Source: an uncultured virus (IMG/VR IMGVR_UViG_3300008261_000008)
Lineage: Duplodnaviria; Heunggongvirae; Uroviricota; Caudoviricetes
Length of the DNA stretch: 64,000 nucleotides
IMG/VR virus record: IMGVR_UViG_3300008261_000008
Reading direction: 5' to 3' (one strand)
Shown: in pieces, positions 28,919 through 39,031 of the stretch
Layout of the letters: every line of letters starts with the position of its first letter
How positions within the stretch are numbered: position 1 is the stretch's first letter
The notes under the pieces: model-generated
Told to the model about the DNA's origin: nothing
Database searches by the model: none
The model's input: the letters and a program-made list of their open reading frames with translations, nothing else
Program-made: the position numbers and the translations under genes

Positions 28919-29965
28919 TTATTCTATTTCGCAAGCTTCTTGATAGACCTCTCGCAAAAGAGTTTTGACTTTTTCCTTATCCAAGTCAAAATCAGAGTCT
29001 TCTACATATTTATTTAAAATGGTAATAGTATCTTCTATTTTTTCTTGATCGAAGTCAACATTATCATCATTGACTTCAAAGTTTTCAACAATCTTAATAT
29101 CAACTACACCAGTCTTATAGATCTTATCCACAAACTTTTCAAATAAAAGTTGATCGGATTTTTTGCGAACAATAATTTTAACAATCTTATCTTTATAAGG
29201 AGTTGTATTGAAAAGTTTGGGATTATGATCCTCATAATAAATTCTTTCAAACATATTATAAGGATTTTGAACAAACTCTAATTGAAAAGTTTCAGTATCA
29301 AAGAAATTGAATCCTCGTTTATCATCAACATCATTCCAATAAAGTTGATAGGCATTACCCAAATAAAAAATCTTACCGTTATTAGAACGAGTGTGGTAAT
29401 GTCCAGAACAAACGATTCTAAACTTATCAAATACACTAATATCCATTCCATGTTGTTGAATATTTCCAGGATAAACACTGAATCCATTCAACTCAAGATG
29501 ACCAAAAGCAGCTTTTGCAGTTGTATCTGAAAGTTTATCTAAAGTTTCTTGTTGATTCTCTGGAGAAATCCAGGGAATCATAAAGGTTTTAAACCCATCA
29601 ATTTCATACTCACCGGGACTAGAAATTGGAACAATATTGTCATACTCTCTTAACAGGGACTCAATAGAGTTGACTTCATTTGTATTTTTGTAGTACGCAT
29701 CATGATTACCTACAATCTGATATACGGTTATACCTAGATCTCGGAATCTATCATATACATTTTCTTTTGCCCAGTTCAAACACCAAAAATCAATTGATTT
29801 ACGGCTATCAAATGCATCACCAAGATGAATGCAATGTTTGATTTTTCTCTTTTCTAATTCTGGAAAAAAGATGTCTTCATAAAACTTTTTAAAATAATCA
29901 TGAAAGGTTTTACTACCTTTTCTAGCCCCATAATGGGTATCTGTCACACAAGCAATTAATGTCAT
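28919..29965 (-). CDS. gp47: recombination endonuclease subunit (Mre11/SbcD-like)
   Basis: TDTHYG, HLGDAFD, GNHD, GHLE, SGHYH. Confidence 0.96.
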   Translation of the reverse strand: MTLIACVTDTHYGARKGSKTFHDYFKKFYEDIFFPELEKRKIKHCIHLGDAFDSRKSIDFWCLNWAKENVYDRFRDLGITVYQIVGNHDAYYKNTNEVNSIESLLREYDNIVPISSPGEYEIDGFKTFMIPWISPENQQETLDKLSDTTAKAAFGHLELNGFSVYPGNIQQHGMDISVFDKFRIVCSGHYHTRSNNGKIFYLGNAYQLYWNDVDDKRGFNFFDTETFQLEFVQNPYNMFERIYYEDHNPKLFNTTPYKDKIVKIIVRKKSDQLLFEKFVDKIYKTGVVDIKIVENFEVNDDNVDFDQEKIEDTITILNKYVEDSDFDLDKEKVKTLLREVYQEACEIE

Positions 29966-30441
29966 TGATACATCTTTGTTTGAATTGCATCTTTAATACT
30001 ATTATACTCTGCAGAATTGAATCCGTCATCATCTACTGTAAATACTTCATCATATCCAGATCTTTCGATGATTTTGGAACGAATCTCCATTTGTTTCTTT
30101 TCTTTTTGAATTCTCCTTAGAAAAGCATAATGAATAATTTGAGTAAAATATGCAAATGGGTTTGAAGATTTCTCTGGGTTGAAATTATGGATGTACTGAA
30201 CACAGTTCTCAATACCATCACAAATCATATCCTCACGGAACATATAGTTCACAAAATTTGGTTTATACGATAAGTGAGTTGCAATCTTTAGAAAACATTC
30301 CCCGAGATAATTTGTAATACGTGGTTTTGGTTCACCATTTTCTGCGGCTACTTTAACCTTTCTTTTGTATTCACATATTGCTTCAAGAAATTCTTTGTTA
30401 TTTACGTAATGTTCTGATCTTTTTCTTTTTGGTGCCTGCAT
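29962..30441 (-). CDS. gp55: late transcription sigma factor
   Basis: HYVNNKEF, FVNYMFREDMICDGIENC, NPFAYFTQI. Confidence 0.96.
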   Translation of the reverse strand: MQAPKRKRSEHYVNNKEFLEAICEYKRKVKVAAENGEPKPRITNYLGECFLKIATHLSYKPNFVNYMFREDMICDGIENCVQYIHNFNPEKSSNPFAYFTQIIHYAFLRRIQKEKKQMEIRSKIIERSGYDEVFTVDDDGFNSAEYNSIKDAIQTKMYQ

Positions 30442-30473
30442 TTCATGAGTCCCTGTTTATATTAAGTGTTCTT

Positions 30474-30525
30474 ATTATAACAGAATGTTCGGCTATTGAC
30501 AATACCCTAGAATATCCGGTACAAT
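30474..30525. promoter_or_regulatory. overlapping divergent sigma70 promoters (gp55 sense; antisense into the late block)
   Basis: Minus strand: TTGTCA (30502-30497), 17 nt, TATAAT (30479-30474). Plus strand: TTGACA (30496-30501), 18 nt, TACAAT (30520-30525). Confidence 0.75.
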
Positions 30526-30546
30526 AACTCTGTGGGGTTTCAAAGA

Positions 30547-30954
30547 TCAGCTATCTTTAATATCTTGGCTCCTATAGAGTTTTTCAAGTCTCTTTCTCGT
30601 TTCTGAAACCGAAGCTAGATATCCCATTTCTGGAGTAAGAGGATTTTTTGAGTTTTTACTGTCCTTTTGTCTCAAGAATTTGTGATACATTTCAATTGTT
30701 TCTTCATCACGAACTTCACTAAGAGTAAGAACTCTATCCATATCGAGTAAGAAAGTATCATCATCAGCAAACTTAAGCCATGGATCTATTTTGTATCCTT
30801 GCATACCAAGCTGTTTCATAACAACAACTTCTATTACAACAGGATTGTTCAATATTAACATTGTTCTACCTTCTTCTTCAGATGGGCAAACAATAGAGAA
30901 TATCTCCTCCCCTGATACTAATTTAATAACTGCATAGAAATCTTCTTCCATCAT
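30547..30954 (-). CDS. conserved hypothetical (Sm-like) downstream of uvsW
   Basis: FYAVIKLVSGEEIF, PWLK, MGYLASV. Confidence 0.8.
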   Translation of the reverse strand: MMEEDFYAVIKLVSGEEIFSIVCPSEEEGRTMLILNNPVVIEVVVMKQLGMQGYKIDPWLKFADDDTFLLDMDRVLTLSEVRDEETIEMYHKFLRQKDSKNSKNPLTPEMGYLASVSETRKRLEKLYRSQDIKDS

Positions 30955-32414
30955 TCTTTTAAGTTTACCTGTACAAACTCGTAGTTAAAATGTTCTTCAT
31001 TATAAATTTTGACTCTTTCTATCAGATGATTTAGTGTGTAATTTTTTCTTGAGTTTTTAGTGCAGTCATCAGCAATATCATAAAGTACAGCCTGAGTTTT
31101 ATTATCACCTTTCCTTAAAACTCTTCCGATTGATTGGAGATTACGGATTCTAGACTTCGAAGGTGAAGCAAAAATAACGTTATGTAGATTCTTAATGTTA
31201 ATTCCTGTACTAAACGTACCATACGAAGCCACAATGATTGCATTCTGTTCTCTTTCCGTAATCTCTCTGACTAACTCTCTTTCTTCTGCATCTACTCCAC
31301 CATGAACATAAAAAACCTTACGTCCATCCTTGACCGAATTATTTATTGATTCATATAAAGGTTGACCATGAGATTCAACTCTAGAAAAAAGTACAAGAGT
31401 ATTGCCTTTTAAATCTAAAGCTAGATTTTTAATAAAGTTATTTCTTTTTGGATGACCGATGATGAATTGAACTTCATCCTCAAAAGTTTGGAATTCTTGT
31501 GGATTATGTTTAAGAATAATAATTTTGATTTGAAGTTTGGAAAGATGTCCCTTGTCAATTAACTCTTTAGTTTGAGTTACTTTATATGATGGACCAAATA
31601 GGCCTTCCAATACCCATTTATGCGTTTGAGTTCCATCAAGTGTACCCGTAAAACCGAACCTGTACTTGGTATTATCCATTTTAGTCATAATTCCCACCAG
31701 AGATTTTGATTTAAACTGGTGAGCCTCATCTCCAATAACAACATCAAATGAGTCGTAGAAGGTCCTAGGAAGTTTATAAATTGATTGCCAGGTGGTTATG
31801 ACCACAGGGTATTCATTCGTCTTCTCACGACCACTGTAGATGCGGTGGCAGTAGTCTTCTGCGTTCCATCCATAATCCTGGAAGTCTTTGAACATCTGTT
31901 CAACCAGAGACGTTGTGGGGACAACTAGAAGAATCTTTTGATCTCTTTCTGCAAAGTATCTAACGATCGAATAGATCATCAATGACTTACCCGAAGCAGT
32001 TGGAGAAATTAAAAGTTTACGATTATATCTAAGTGCATCATAAACTGCATCTACTTGATAGTCTCTGGGTTTATGCTTAGATATTCTAGTCATATAATCT
32101 CTTACACCTTCATAAGAAATCATTTCATTTTCTTCTAAAGGAGTTCCGTAAAATTTATTGTTTTTAAATTCTACTTTGTAGTCCCACTTCTTAGCCCAAG
32201 AAACAACTTTATCAAGAAGACCGACATATATTTCCCCAGTATGGGTTGAAAAAAGACGAATCTTTCCATCCCAATACTTACTTCTATACTGGGGCATAAA
32301 CTTAGCCCCTGGTACATCAAAAGTAAAATGTTCCGAAAGTTCCTGATAGATATGTGGTTCCGCTTCTATTTTCAGGAATACTTCGTTCTTTTTCGCAATT
32401 ACAATATCAGTCAT
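30951..32414 (-). CDS. uvsW: UvsW DNA/RNA helicase (SF2)
   Basis: PRDYQ, SPTASGKS, DEAH, GFTGT, QSIGRVLR; probable start MTDIVI. Confidence 0.96.
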   Translation of the reverse strand: MTDIVIAKKNEVFLKIEAEPHIYQELSEHFTFDVPGAKFMPQYRSKYWDGKIRLFSTHTGEIYVGLLDKVVSWAKKWDYKVEFKNNKFYGTPLEENEMISYEGVRDYMTRISKHKPRDYQVDAVYDALRYNRKLLISPTASGKSLMIYSIVRYFAERDQKILLVVPTTSLVEQMFKDFQDYGWNAEDYCHRIYSGREKTNEYPVVITTWQSIYKLPRTFYDSFDVVIGDEAHQFKSKSLVGIMTKMDNTKYRFGFTGTLDGTQTHKWVLEGLFGPSYKVTQTKELIDKGHLSKLQIKIIILKHNPQEFQTFEDEVQFIIGHPKRNNFIKNLALDLKGNTLVLFSRVESHGQPLYESINNSVKDGRKVFYVHGGVDAEERELVREITEREQNAIIVASYGTFSTGINIKNLHNVIFASPSKSRIRNLQSIGRVLRKGDNKTQAVLYDIADDCTKNSRKNYTLNHLIERVKIYNEEHFNYEFVQVNLKE

Positions 32415-32835
32415 ATCCTCTAATAAATTTCTGCCACTCAATTGCATTTTTGAGCTGATATGTTCTATTTAATATAGTTTTAAGAATGCTTTCCAGATAG
32501 TTGAGCATCATTTGATAATACTCAATCTTTGTCTGACACTTGAGTAAGTCTTCGTCAGCATCCATGTACTTATCCAAATCTGGTTTAAGTACCTTATGAT
32601 CAAAGGGTTTTTCTACATAAACTTCTGGTTCAGCTTTACCAGTGTAGTATTGCCACTTTTCTTTTTTTAAGATCTTGTATTTGTTCTCTTGAGCTTTTTT
32701 AAGAGTCAAGATATTATTAAAAATTTTATAATATTTTGCATGAAGACTTGGAATCTTTACCGATTCTGTGTGGAGGTTGTCTTCATCAATTTTAGAATCT
32801 TCTTCCCAAAGTGTTTGTATTTCATCCAGGTTCAT
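32407..32835 (-). CDS. uvsY: recombination mediator UvsY
   Basis: WEEDSKID, LHAKY, YYTGKA, KNAIEW. Confidence 0.93.
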   Translation of the reverse strand: MNLDEIQTLWEEDSKIDEDNLHTESVKIPSLHAKYYKIFNNILTLKKAQENKYKILKKEKWQYYTGKAEPEVYVEKPFDHKVLKPDLDKYMDADEDLLKCQTKIEYYQMMLNYLESILKTILNRTYQLKNAIEWQKFIRGYD

Positions 32836-33361
32836 AAGGCAAAATCTTATAAAGAACATACTTAAAGGTTACTGTCGCCACTGCATATTGCACATCGGCT
32901 TGAGTTGCATCAAAGTCAATTTCTGATAAGGAAGTCGGAAACATTCCTTGAAATTTTACTAGAGTTGATGGTTGGAAATTACTATTGTAGACAATCAAAG
33001 TTCCATCTGATGTATTTGGATCTTGGCCTGGATTAGTGGGATCACTATTTTTCCATTCCGTGTATTCATAAACACTTTCTGGATACCCAAGTCCTCTCAT
33101 CCAATTTTGAACTGTATTATAATTTTCTAGATTTTCATCAATATTAAATGTTAATCTAAAATCATCAAAAATAAGTTTATCTCCAGGAATGGGGATATCT
33201 TTTAGATAAGTTGGTTGGATGGCAACTCCAAGATTTAATCCTGGAATATTTGCTGATTTTGAAAAGAAATCAACTTTAGGAGTCCTTACAAGGTTAAATT
33301 TAAACCCTAATGGACTAAGAAAATTTCTATTTGCAATTTGTCTATCAAAAGCACCAGACAT
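32822..33361 (-). CDS. gp3: tail completion / sheath stabiliser
   Basis: NFLSPLGFKF, ANIPG, PIPGD, IDENLENY, FPTSLS, ATVTFKY. Confidence 0.9.
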   Translation of the reverse strand: MSGAFDRQIANRNFLSPLGFKFNLVRTPKVDFFSKSANIPGLNLGVAIQPTYLKDIPIPGDKLIFDDFRLTFNIDENLENYNTVQNWMRGLGYPESVYEYTEWKNSDPTNPGQDPNTSDGTLIVYNSNFQPSTLVKFQGMFPTSLSEIDFDATQADVQYAVATVTFKYVLYKILPYEPG

Positions 33362-33387
33362 TGTTTTTATTTTTATTTATTTCCAAT

Positions 33388-33410
33388 AAAAAAGGGTCCT
33401 TTCGGACCCC
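33388..33410 (-). terminator. intrinsic terminator after the major capsid gene
   Basis: GGGTCC-GAAA-GGACCC-TTTTTT; late promoter for gp3 at 33374-33379. Confidence 0.85.
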
Positions 33411-33435
33411 TGAATCTGAAGAGTTGTGAAATGAA

Positions 33436-34830
33436 TCACATGAGGTTGGAAACCTTGACTCTTCTGTAGTAACGGTTTGCATTGAGGCGGAGTCTTCCGA
33501 GTCCCTGATCGGTTCCTTCTGCAAATGGGTTGGCAACAATACCATAACGGGTCTTGAAGCCAATTTTTGGTTGGAAGGTGTCCTGACCGACGGCACGAAC
33601 CATCTGGAGAGGAACATATGGGCAGTAGAAGATACCAGCATCATATGCGCTAGAACCCTTATAACCTACAACGTAGTACTGATCAGCAGCAACGTTAGCA
33701 GCATATGGGTCAATGTATACACGATACTTACCTTGGAGAACACCAGCGAAGGTGTTACCAGTGTCATCAACGTTAAGGTTAGCGTTGAGTGCAGGGGTGT
33801 AATCAAGTACACCGGCCATGGTTAGTGCGGAAGCAACGTCTGCAGAACAGATGATGGTGTTGCCCTTTCCTCTACGAGTTCTTTGTGCGATTGCGTTAGC
33901 ATCACGCTCGATTTGGAAGAGTAGACCCTTGAACTTCTCAACGGACCAACGACCATTAGAGTCAACGTCAAGGTCGAATACACCAGCAGTAGCGGTGTTA
34001 ACAGCAGCACCTTGCTCAGCAACCTTATAGATGGTTCTGATAACTTCTCTGTTGATTTCTGCGAGGATCTCAGTGGAGAGAATGTTAGCAAGTTCTGCTT
34101 CTGCATTTAGACCATGAATTGCCTTGAGGTCTTGAGCGAGTTCTAGTGAATACTCAGCCTTGAGGGCGCGTGACTTAGCAGTTACGGTTACCTTCTCGAT
34201 GCTGAATGCCATCTGGTTGAAGGCATTAGCAGCAGCATCTCCAAGAGCTTCTGATTCACCAGTCGCCATACCCTGACCAACGTTGTATGGAGATGGGTTG
34301 GTTGTTGCGGTTCCAACTGGATTGAGAACGTTAGGATTGGTTCCATCCTGGTTGGTTGTACCGAAACCAACTAGACCATCGGAGAATCCGCTGGAAAGGT
34401 TGCGGCTGTTGTTCTGACCAGAGAAGGTGGTATCTACTTCATCGAAGAAGGTCTCAGTACCAGACTGGTTATCGTAGCGGGAACGCATTGCGAAGATGAG
34501 TCCAGTAGGACCACTCATTGGTTGAACGCCACAGATGTCATAAGCGATGAGGTTAGGCATCGAACGACGAATGAGGCTGATTAGAACTGGATCGAAACCA
34601 GCAACTGGACCACCAGCAGTAGCACCACCACTAAATCCACCGGTACCGGCAGAGTTAACTGGGGAAGCTTCGCCGAGGAACTCAGCAGACTCACGGAGTT
34701 CTCTCTCTTGGTTCTCGAGCATTTGTGCAGTTACTGCACGTCTGTGGGAATCTTTGATTTCTCCTAGACCGTCGAAGTCTAGAACTGGAGCCCACTTCTC
34801 CATTAACATTTGTGAATTAATTCCGTCCAT
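33436..34830 (-). CDS. gp23: major capsid protein
   Basis: EKWAPVL, CGVQPMSGPTGLIFAMR, SRALKAEYSLELAQDLKAIHG, PKIGFKTRYG. Confidence 0.98.
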   Translation of the reverse strand: MDGINSQMLMEKWAPVLDFDGLGEIKDSHRRAVTAQMLENQERELRESAEFLGEASPVNSAGTGGFSGGATAGGPVAGFDPVLISLIRRSMPNLIAYDICGVQPMSGPTGLIFAMRSRYDNQSGTETFFDEVDTTFSGQNNSRNLSSGFSDGLVGFGTTNQDGTNPNVLNPVGTATTNPSPYNVGQGMATGESEALGDAAANAFNQMAFSIEKVTVTAKSRALKAEYSLELAQDLKAIHGLNAEAELANILSTEILAEINREVIRTIYKVAEQGAAVNTATAGVFDLDVDSNGRWSVEKFKGLLFQIERDANAIAQRTRRGKGNTIICSADVASALTMAGVLDYTPALNANLNVDDTGNTFAGVLQGKYRVYIDPYAANVAADQYYVVGYKGSSAYDAGIFYCPYVPLQMVRAVGQDTFQPKIGFKTRYGIVANPFAEGTDQGLGRLRLNANRYYRRVKVSNLM

Positions 34831-34890
34831 TTGTTTTTAATACCTCTGTTAAAAGTGTTGTTGAACTGCGGTTTGAGTATTATCTAAAAA

Positions 34891-36066
34891 TCACTTTTTA
34901 GCAACGTTGGAAAGCGCACGCAAATAAGCGTCCATAGAAGGTGAATGAGTCACCTCTTGGAAATTCGCTTCTTCTGATAGATTTTCCGTCTCGTTTGCTG
35001 GAATACCAGCATTTCTTGGGAAATAAGACTCCCTAAGAGTTACCAGTTTCTGGTAATAGTCATCTTCACTCTCAAACTCAACACTTTCTACGAGGCTTGC
35101 AAGCTTATCCTTTTGGGAAAGAGCGAGACCCTCGGAAACCTGATTGAAAATGCTGTCAGCAGCAGATTCTGCAAGTTTCTTGTTAAGAGCAATATTTCTT
35201 TGAATTTGCTCGTTGAGTTTTGTCTCCATTTCATCAAGTTTTTCTACCATGCTCTCTAGAACATCATATTTCTCTTCAGGCATTGATACATAATGTGCTT
35301 CAAAAAGTCCCTTCATACCATTGATGAAGGACTCGGTGATCTCAGTTTTGAGACCACTTTCAACTGCGAGAGCATTTTCTTCTAACCATTCGGATGCAAC
35401 ATACTCTAGGTATGAATCAACACGCTCGGTTAGTTCTAGTTTAATTTCTTCAACCTCTTCTGCAAGAGCAGTAGCATAGTGCTCTTCCATTACTGATTGA
35501 ATTTCTTTTGTTTTGGCGTGAAGGGCAGCTTCAAATACAAGCTTTGCCTTTTCTTTAAACTCTTCGGAGAGTTCTTCTTCGCCAGATAGGAGAGCATTTA
35601 CATCCTCTTCAATGATAGAATCTACATCTTCTTCTACCACTTCTTCAGCACCCTCTTCAGATTCTTCTGTTGCTTCTGTTTCTTCTTCAGTCGCTTCAGT
35701 TTCTTCTTCTTCAACTAGATCCTCATCTTCTTCTACTTCTTCCTTCATTCCACCACCTTGACCTGGTGTTGAAACAGGAGTTGCAGAAGTTTGAGGAGCT
35801 TCAGCTGCAGCAGCTTTAGCATTGACAACATCTTTAACTTGCTTCAGGGTTGCACCTGGAGTTTTTAAAGTATTTGAGTTGTCATCTGGACGACTGTTTT
35901 CTGGGGTTGGACCGCCAAGATCTTCCCAAGCACCAGTTTGTCCAGGAGTTGCAACAGGGGTTGCACTCTTGTGTGGTGCTTCTGCTGCAGCTGCATTAGC
36001 GTTTACAGCAGTTTTGGATTGTGAAGTGCCGGTTTCCATTTCTTGTAAATTCTTACCACGGGACAT
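34891..36066 (-). CDS. gp22: prohead core scaffold protein
   Basis: Acidic coiled coil, ELSEEFKEKAKLVFEAA, EWLEENALAVE; N-terminal AAAAEAP..SATPV.TPGQ duplicated. Confidence 0.93.
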   Translation of the reverse strand: MSRGKNLQEMETGTSQSKTAVNANAAAAEAPHKSATPVATPGQTGAWEDLGGPTPENSRPDDNSNTLKTPGATLKQVKDVVNAKAAAAEAPQTSATPVSTPGQGGGMKEEVEEDEDLVEEEETEATEEETEATEESEEGAEEVVEEDVDSIIEEDVNALLSGEEELSEEFKEKAKLVFEAALHAKTKEIQSVMEEHYATALAEEVEEIKLELTERVDSYLEYVASEWLEENALAVESGLKTEITESFINGMKGLFEAHYVSMPEEKYDVLESMVEKLDEMETKLNEQIQRNIALNKKLAESAADSIFNQVSEGLALSQKDKLASLVESVEFESEDDYYQKLVTLRESYFPRNAGIPANETENLSEEANFQEVTHSPSMDAYLRALSNVAKK

Positions 36067-36101
36067 TTGTACTCTCCGATTACCTTTGTATAATCTGTAT
36101 T

Positions 36102-36109
36102 TATTTATA
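36102..36109 (-). promoter_or_regulatory. canonical T4 late promoter TATAAATA for gp22-gp23
   Basis: Exact TATAAATA on the minus strand. Related (C/A)TAAATA cores precede other late genes at 3827, 5123, 6223, 24633, 33374, 37063, 37291, 39026, 42191, 46682, 48185 and 50478. Confidence 0.85.
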
Positions 36110-36111
36110 AT

Positions 36112-36762
36112 TTATAGATTTGATAAAAACTCATTAAACAGATTTAACTTCTGTTCATCAAGTCTTCTTTGATCAACAAGAGTATTAATTCTCTTTTGAG
36201 TTTTTGAAACGAGTTGTTCACGAAGGATTCCACCTTCCCAAACCCACTCTTTTCCTTCCATGATTCCAGAAACAAAAGCATCTGGAGCAGAAGGATCAGC
36301 GACGATATCAGCTGCAGTAGCAAGCATAAAATCTTCACCAACTACTTTGTGACCTTCACTAGTTGTTTGGAGTGAACCAACACCACGAGAAGAAACGCCA
36401 AGCATTACACCTTCATCAAGAAGTGAGGATGCAATTTTTCCCATTGGAGTATTCAAAATTTGTGCTTTACCGATAAAATTATTTCCCTCTTGAGTGAGAG
36501 AAGTGATTTTATGTGAAACACGATCAAGGTTTACAGTAGGACCATCGGGGTGTCCGAGTTCTCCTAAAGCGCGACCTTTAGATACAAACTGTTCATTATA
36601 ACGATCAACCTCACGAGAGAGAACAGTGATGGGATACATTCTCCCATTACGGTTTTTAATTTCTCCTTGGAGAAATACTCCTTCAATATAAAGTTTTTTA
36701 TTATCACCTTTTCCTTCAGTGATAATTTTTACATTCGTTACTTCTTCGGTAATTAGTTTCAT
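36112..36762 (-). CDS. gp21: prohead protease
   Basis: IEGVFLQ, NRNGRMY, ALGELGHP, GVSSRGVGS, DIVADPSAPDA. Confidence 0.97.
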   Translation of the reverse strand: MKLITEEVTNVKIITEGKGDNKKLYIEGVFLQGEIKNRNGRMYPITVLSREVDRYNEQFVSKGRALGELGHPDGPTVNLDRVSHKITSLTQEGNNFIGKAQILNTPMGKIASSLLDEGVMLGVSSRGVGSLQTTSEGHKVVGEDFMLATAADIVADPSAPDAFVSGIMEGKEWVWEGGILREQLVSKTQKRINTLVDQRRLDEQKLNLFNEFLSNL

Positions 36763-36767
36763 GGTTC

Positions 36768-37037
36768 TTAGTTGGTAAGTCCTACTTTGGCAGCTTTCAC
36801 AGACGCAGAAGATGCAAAAATTACATCCGTTGCAGCTTTTTGAAGAAATTCAACATCACCTGTAGCCATTGTGAATGAATTGGTTGTTGCAGCTCCAACA
36901 GCAGTTGAAATACTTACCGTAGCTGCAGCACCAGAACCATTGTATAATCTTACGCAAGTTGCTTCACTAATACTGGAAGCAGCGCCTGCAGTTGTTGGCA
37001 TTGCAACTTCTGTTGCAATTATTTTTGTTCTTTGCAT
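36768..37037 (-). CDS. small hypothetical (possible head-associated protein)
   Basis: 89 aa, Ala/Thr-rich, SISEATCVRLYN. Confidence 0.7.
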   Translation of the reverse strand: MQRTKIIATEVAMPTTAGAASSISEATCVRLYNGSGAAATVSISTAVGAATTNSFTMATGDVEFLQKAATDVIFASSASVKAAKVGLTN

Positions 37038-37068
37038 CGTTATAATAAAGTCCTATAATAGTTATTTA

Positions 37069-37263
37069 TTATTCTGCATCTTCCTCTGCAACTTCATCAT
37101 CACTTTCTTCCACATTTTCTTCATTTCCGAAAACTGATGCAGCAACCGCAGGTCTAATAATATCAATATTTTCTGCTGATTTTTGCATTAAAATCTCTTT
37201 AATTCTGTCGCTGATATCTGATGGGGATTGGTCAGCAACAATCATGTCAATTAAATCATCCAT
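37069..37263 (-). CDS. small acidic prohead core protein (gp67-like position)
   Basis: 64 aa acidic protein between gp20 and gp21. Confidence 0.65.
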   Translation of the reverse strand: MDDLIDMIVADQSPSDISDRIKEILMQKSAENIDIIRPAVAASVFGNEENVEESDDEVAEEDAE

Positions 37264-37296
37264 TTGTTTTAATTCAATGTTTATTTAAGGTATTTA

Positions 37297-39000
37297 TTAG
37301 ATCCTACCACCCTTAGGCATAGTGGCTTTAGGAGCTTCTTCTGTTGGTTGCATCTCAACAGAAGCAGTTGAAGCTTCTGGTGAAACTGGAACTTCGCCCA
37401 TAGATCCTTGATCAATAGGTGGTTGTTCCCCAACAGGAAGTCCAGTTGTAGGATCTACATCGGGTGGAATAATTCCTTTTTCTTTCTCTTTTACTATTTG
37501 TTCATCAATTTCTACAATTTCAGAATCAGTTTGTTTGAGAATAACTCTTCTGACATAATCTACAGAAAAATATTTCCCAACGTATGGTTCAGCAACTGCA
37601 AGAACATTGAGTCTGTTTTGAATCAATTCTGCTTCTTTTAGTTCTGCAAAGTGATTGTCATAAACATAATCGAATTGAATGTGATCGGAAAGAATTTTCC
37701 AGTCTTCTGGAGTTACAATATTTTTGAGGATAAGTTGAGTCTTTAACATATCCATGAATAGTTGAGAAAATCTCTTTCTCATTCTTCCGACGAACTTAGT
37801 AAATTTAATTTCGTCTCTTAAAATCTCTGAAGATCTGCCTAGGTTGAATCCACCTGTTCCACCCAAACGAGACTCTGGAACACCAAGAGCTCTATAAAGT
37901 TTCTTCTGGAAATATTCAATATCAGCAAGTTCTCCAAGGTTTTGCCCACCTGGAAGAGTAGAGATTTCAGTTCCTCTACCACCTTCACGGCGAGGGAGCC
38001 AGAAATCTTCTAGCATTGCCATCATTCTTTTATCATCACGAATTTCTCCAGTATTGGCGTCATAAACTAACTTATTACGATAGCGAGTCATGACATCACG
38101 GAGATATTGTTCCGCTTTAATTTTTGGTAGGTTGCCTACGTCAATATAAAAAATACGACGTTCTGGAGCACGAGACAACCTGTAGATAACAAGAGAGTCC
38201 TCAATCATTCTTAACTGATTGAGAGCTTTGATTGCTTTGTGTAGGTATGAAAGAACAACTTGTTTATTCCTATCTACAAGACCGGAATGTACATATGTGA
38301 TTGAATCTTTAGAAATTCTTGCAGCGCCACCTACACCACTCTTAAAAGTACTTGTTCTTTGACCACCCCTAGTATTTGGATCATATTCATAAAATTCTTC
38401 CACTTCGGGAGTGCTCATACTAACGTTCCCTGATTTACCATCAGTAACCATAAAAGATGGATTCAAAACATGTTTTCCATCTCTTTTAATTTTTCTTACA
38501 AGTTTAATTTTTGTAGGATCAATATATCTTACTTCTTTAATTCCTTCTTGTGGTTTTTCTAAATCTATAACTTTATGATAATAAATTCTACCGTCTACGT
38601 ACCAATTTCTTAGAATCTCATGACATCTTTTATCAAAATCTAAAATTTCTTTAATATAGATAAACTCATCTCTAATAATTTTTTTGAGTTTATCTGAAGC
38701 GGGTACATTCGATAAGTCTATTTGTACTGGAGAATCATTTTGATCAGATACTATTGCTTCATTTATAACGTCTTCTATAGCTCCATCCACCTCTGGATGT
38801 AAAGCCATTTCACGATATCTTTTAATTAAATCATATTCTGATTTATAAACTCCTTCAATGTCAACATATTGTCCATAAAATCCACTAGACACATAAAAGT
38901 CCGAAGAATCTTCTTGATTCTCCGGAACAGGAGAGACGATAGACTTTTTAGATCTATCGTCCTCCGAATCTTGGATTTTAAAACCAAATAATTTAGGCAT
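37297..39000 (-). CDS. gp20: portal vertex protein
   Basis: LFGF, YREMALHPE, IYRLSRAPERRIFYIDVGN, EDFWLPRREGGRGTEI. Confidence 0.98.
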   Translation of the reverse strand: MPKLFGFKIQDSEDDRSKKSIVSPVPENQEDSSDFYVSSGFYGQYVDIEGVYKSEYDLIKRYREMALHPEVDGAIEDVINEAIVSDQNDSPVQIDLSNVPASDKLKKIIRDEFIYIKEILDFDKRCHEILRNWYVDGRIYYHKVIDLEKPQEGIKEVRYIDPTKIKLVRKIKRDGKHVLNPSFMVTDGKSGNVSMSTPEVEEFYEYDPNTRGGQRTSTFKSGVGGAARISKDSITYVHSGLVDRNKQVVLSYLHKAIKALNQLRMIEDSLVIYRLSRAPERRIFYIDVGNLPKIKAEQYLRDVMTRYRNKLVYDANTGEIRDDKRMMAMLEDFWLPRREGGRGTEISTLPGGQNLGELADIEYFQKKLYRALGVPESRLGGTGGFNLGRSSEILRDEIKFTKFVGRMRKRFSQLFMDMLKTQLILKNIVTPEDWKILSDHIQFDYVYDNHFAELKEAELIQNRLNVLAVAEPYVGKYFSVDYVRRVILKQTDSEIVEIDEQIVKEKEKGIIPPDVDPTTGLPVGEQPPIDQGSMGEVPVSPEASTASVEMQPTEEAPKATMPKGGRI

Positions 39001-39031
39001 TATTCAAGGGTGAACTAGTTTCTACTATTTA

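Noticed and set aside
33345..33644. 99-aa minus-strand ORF overlapping the 3' end of gp23
   Set aside because: It is an alternative frame over gp23 and its terminator, with no RBS or motif support.
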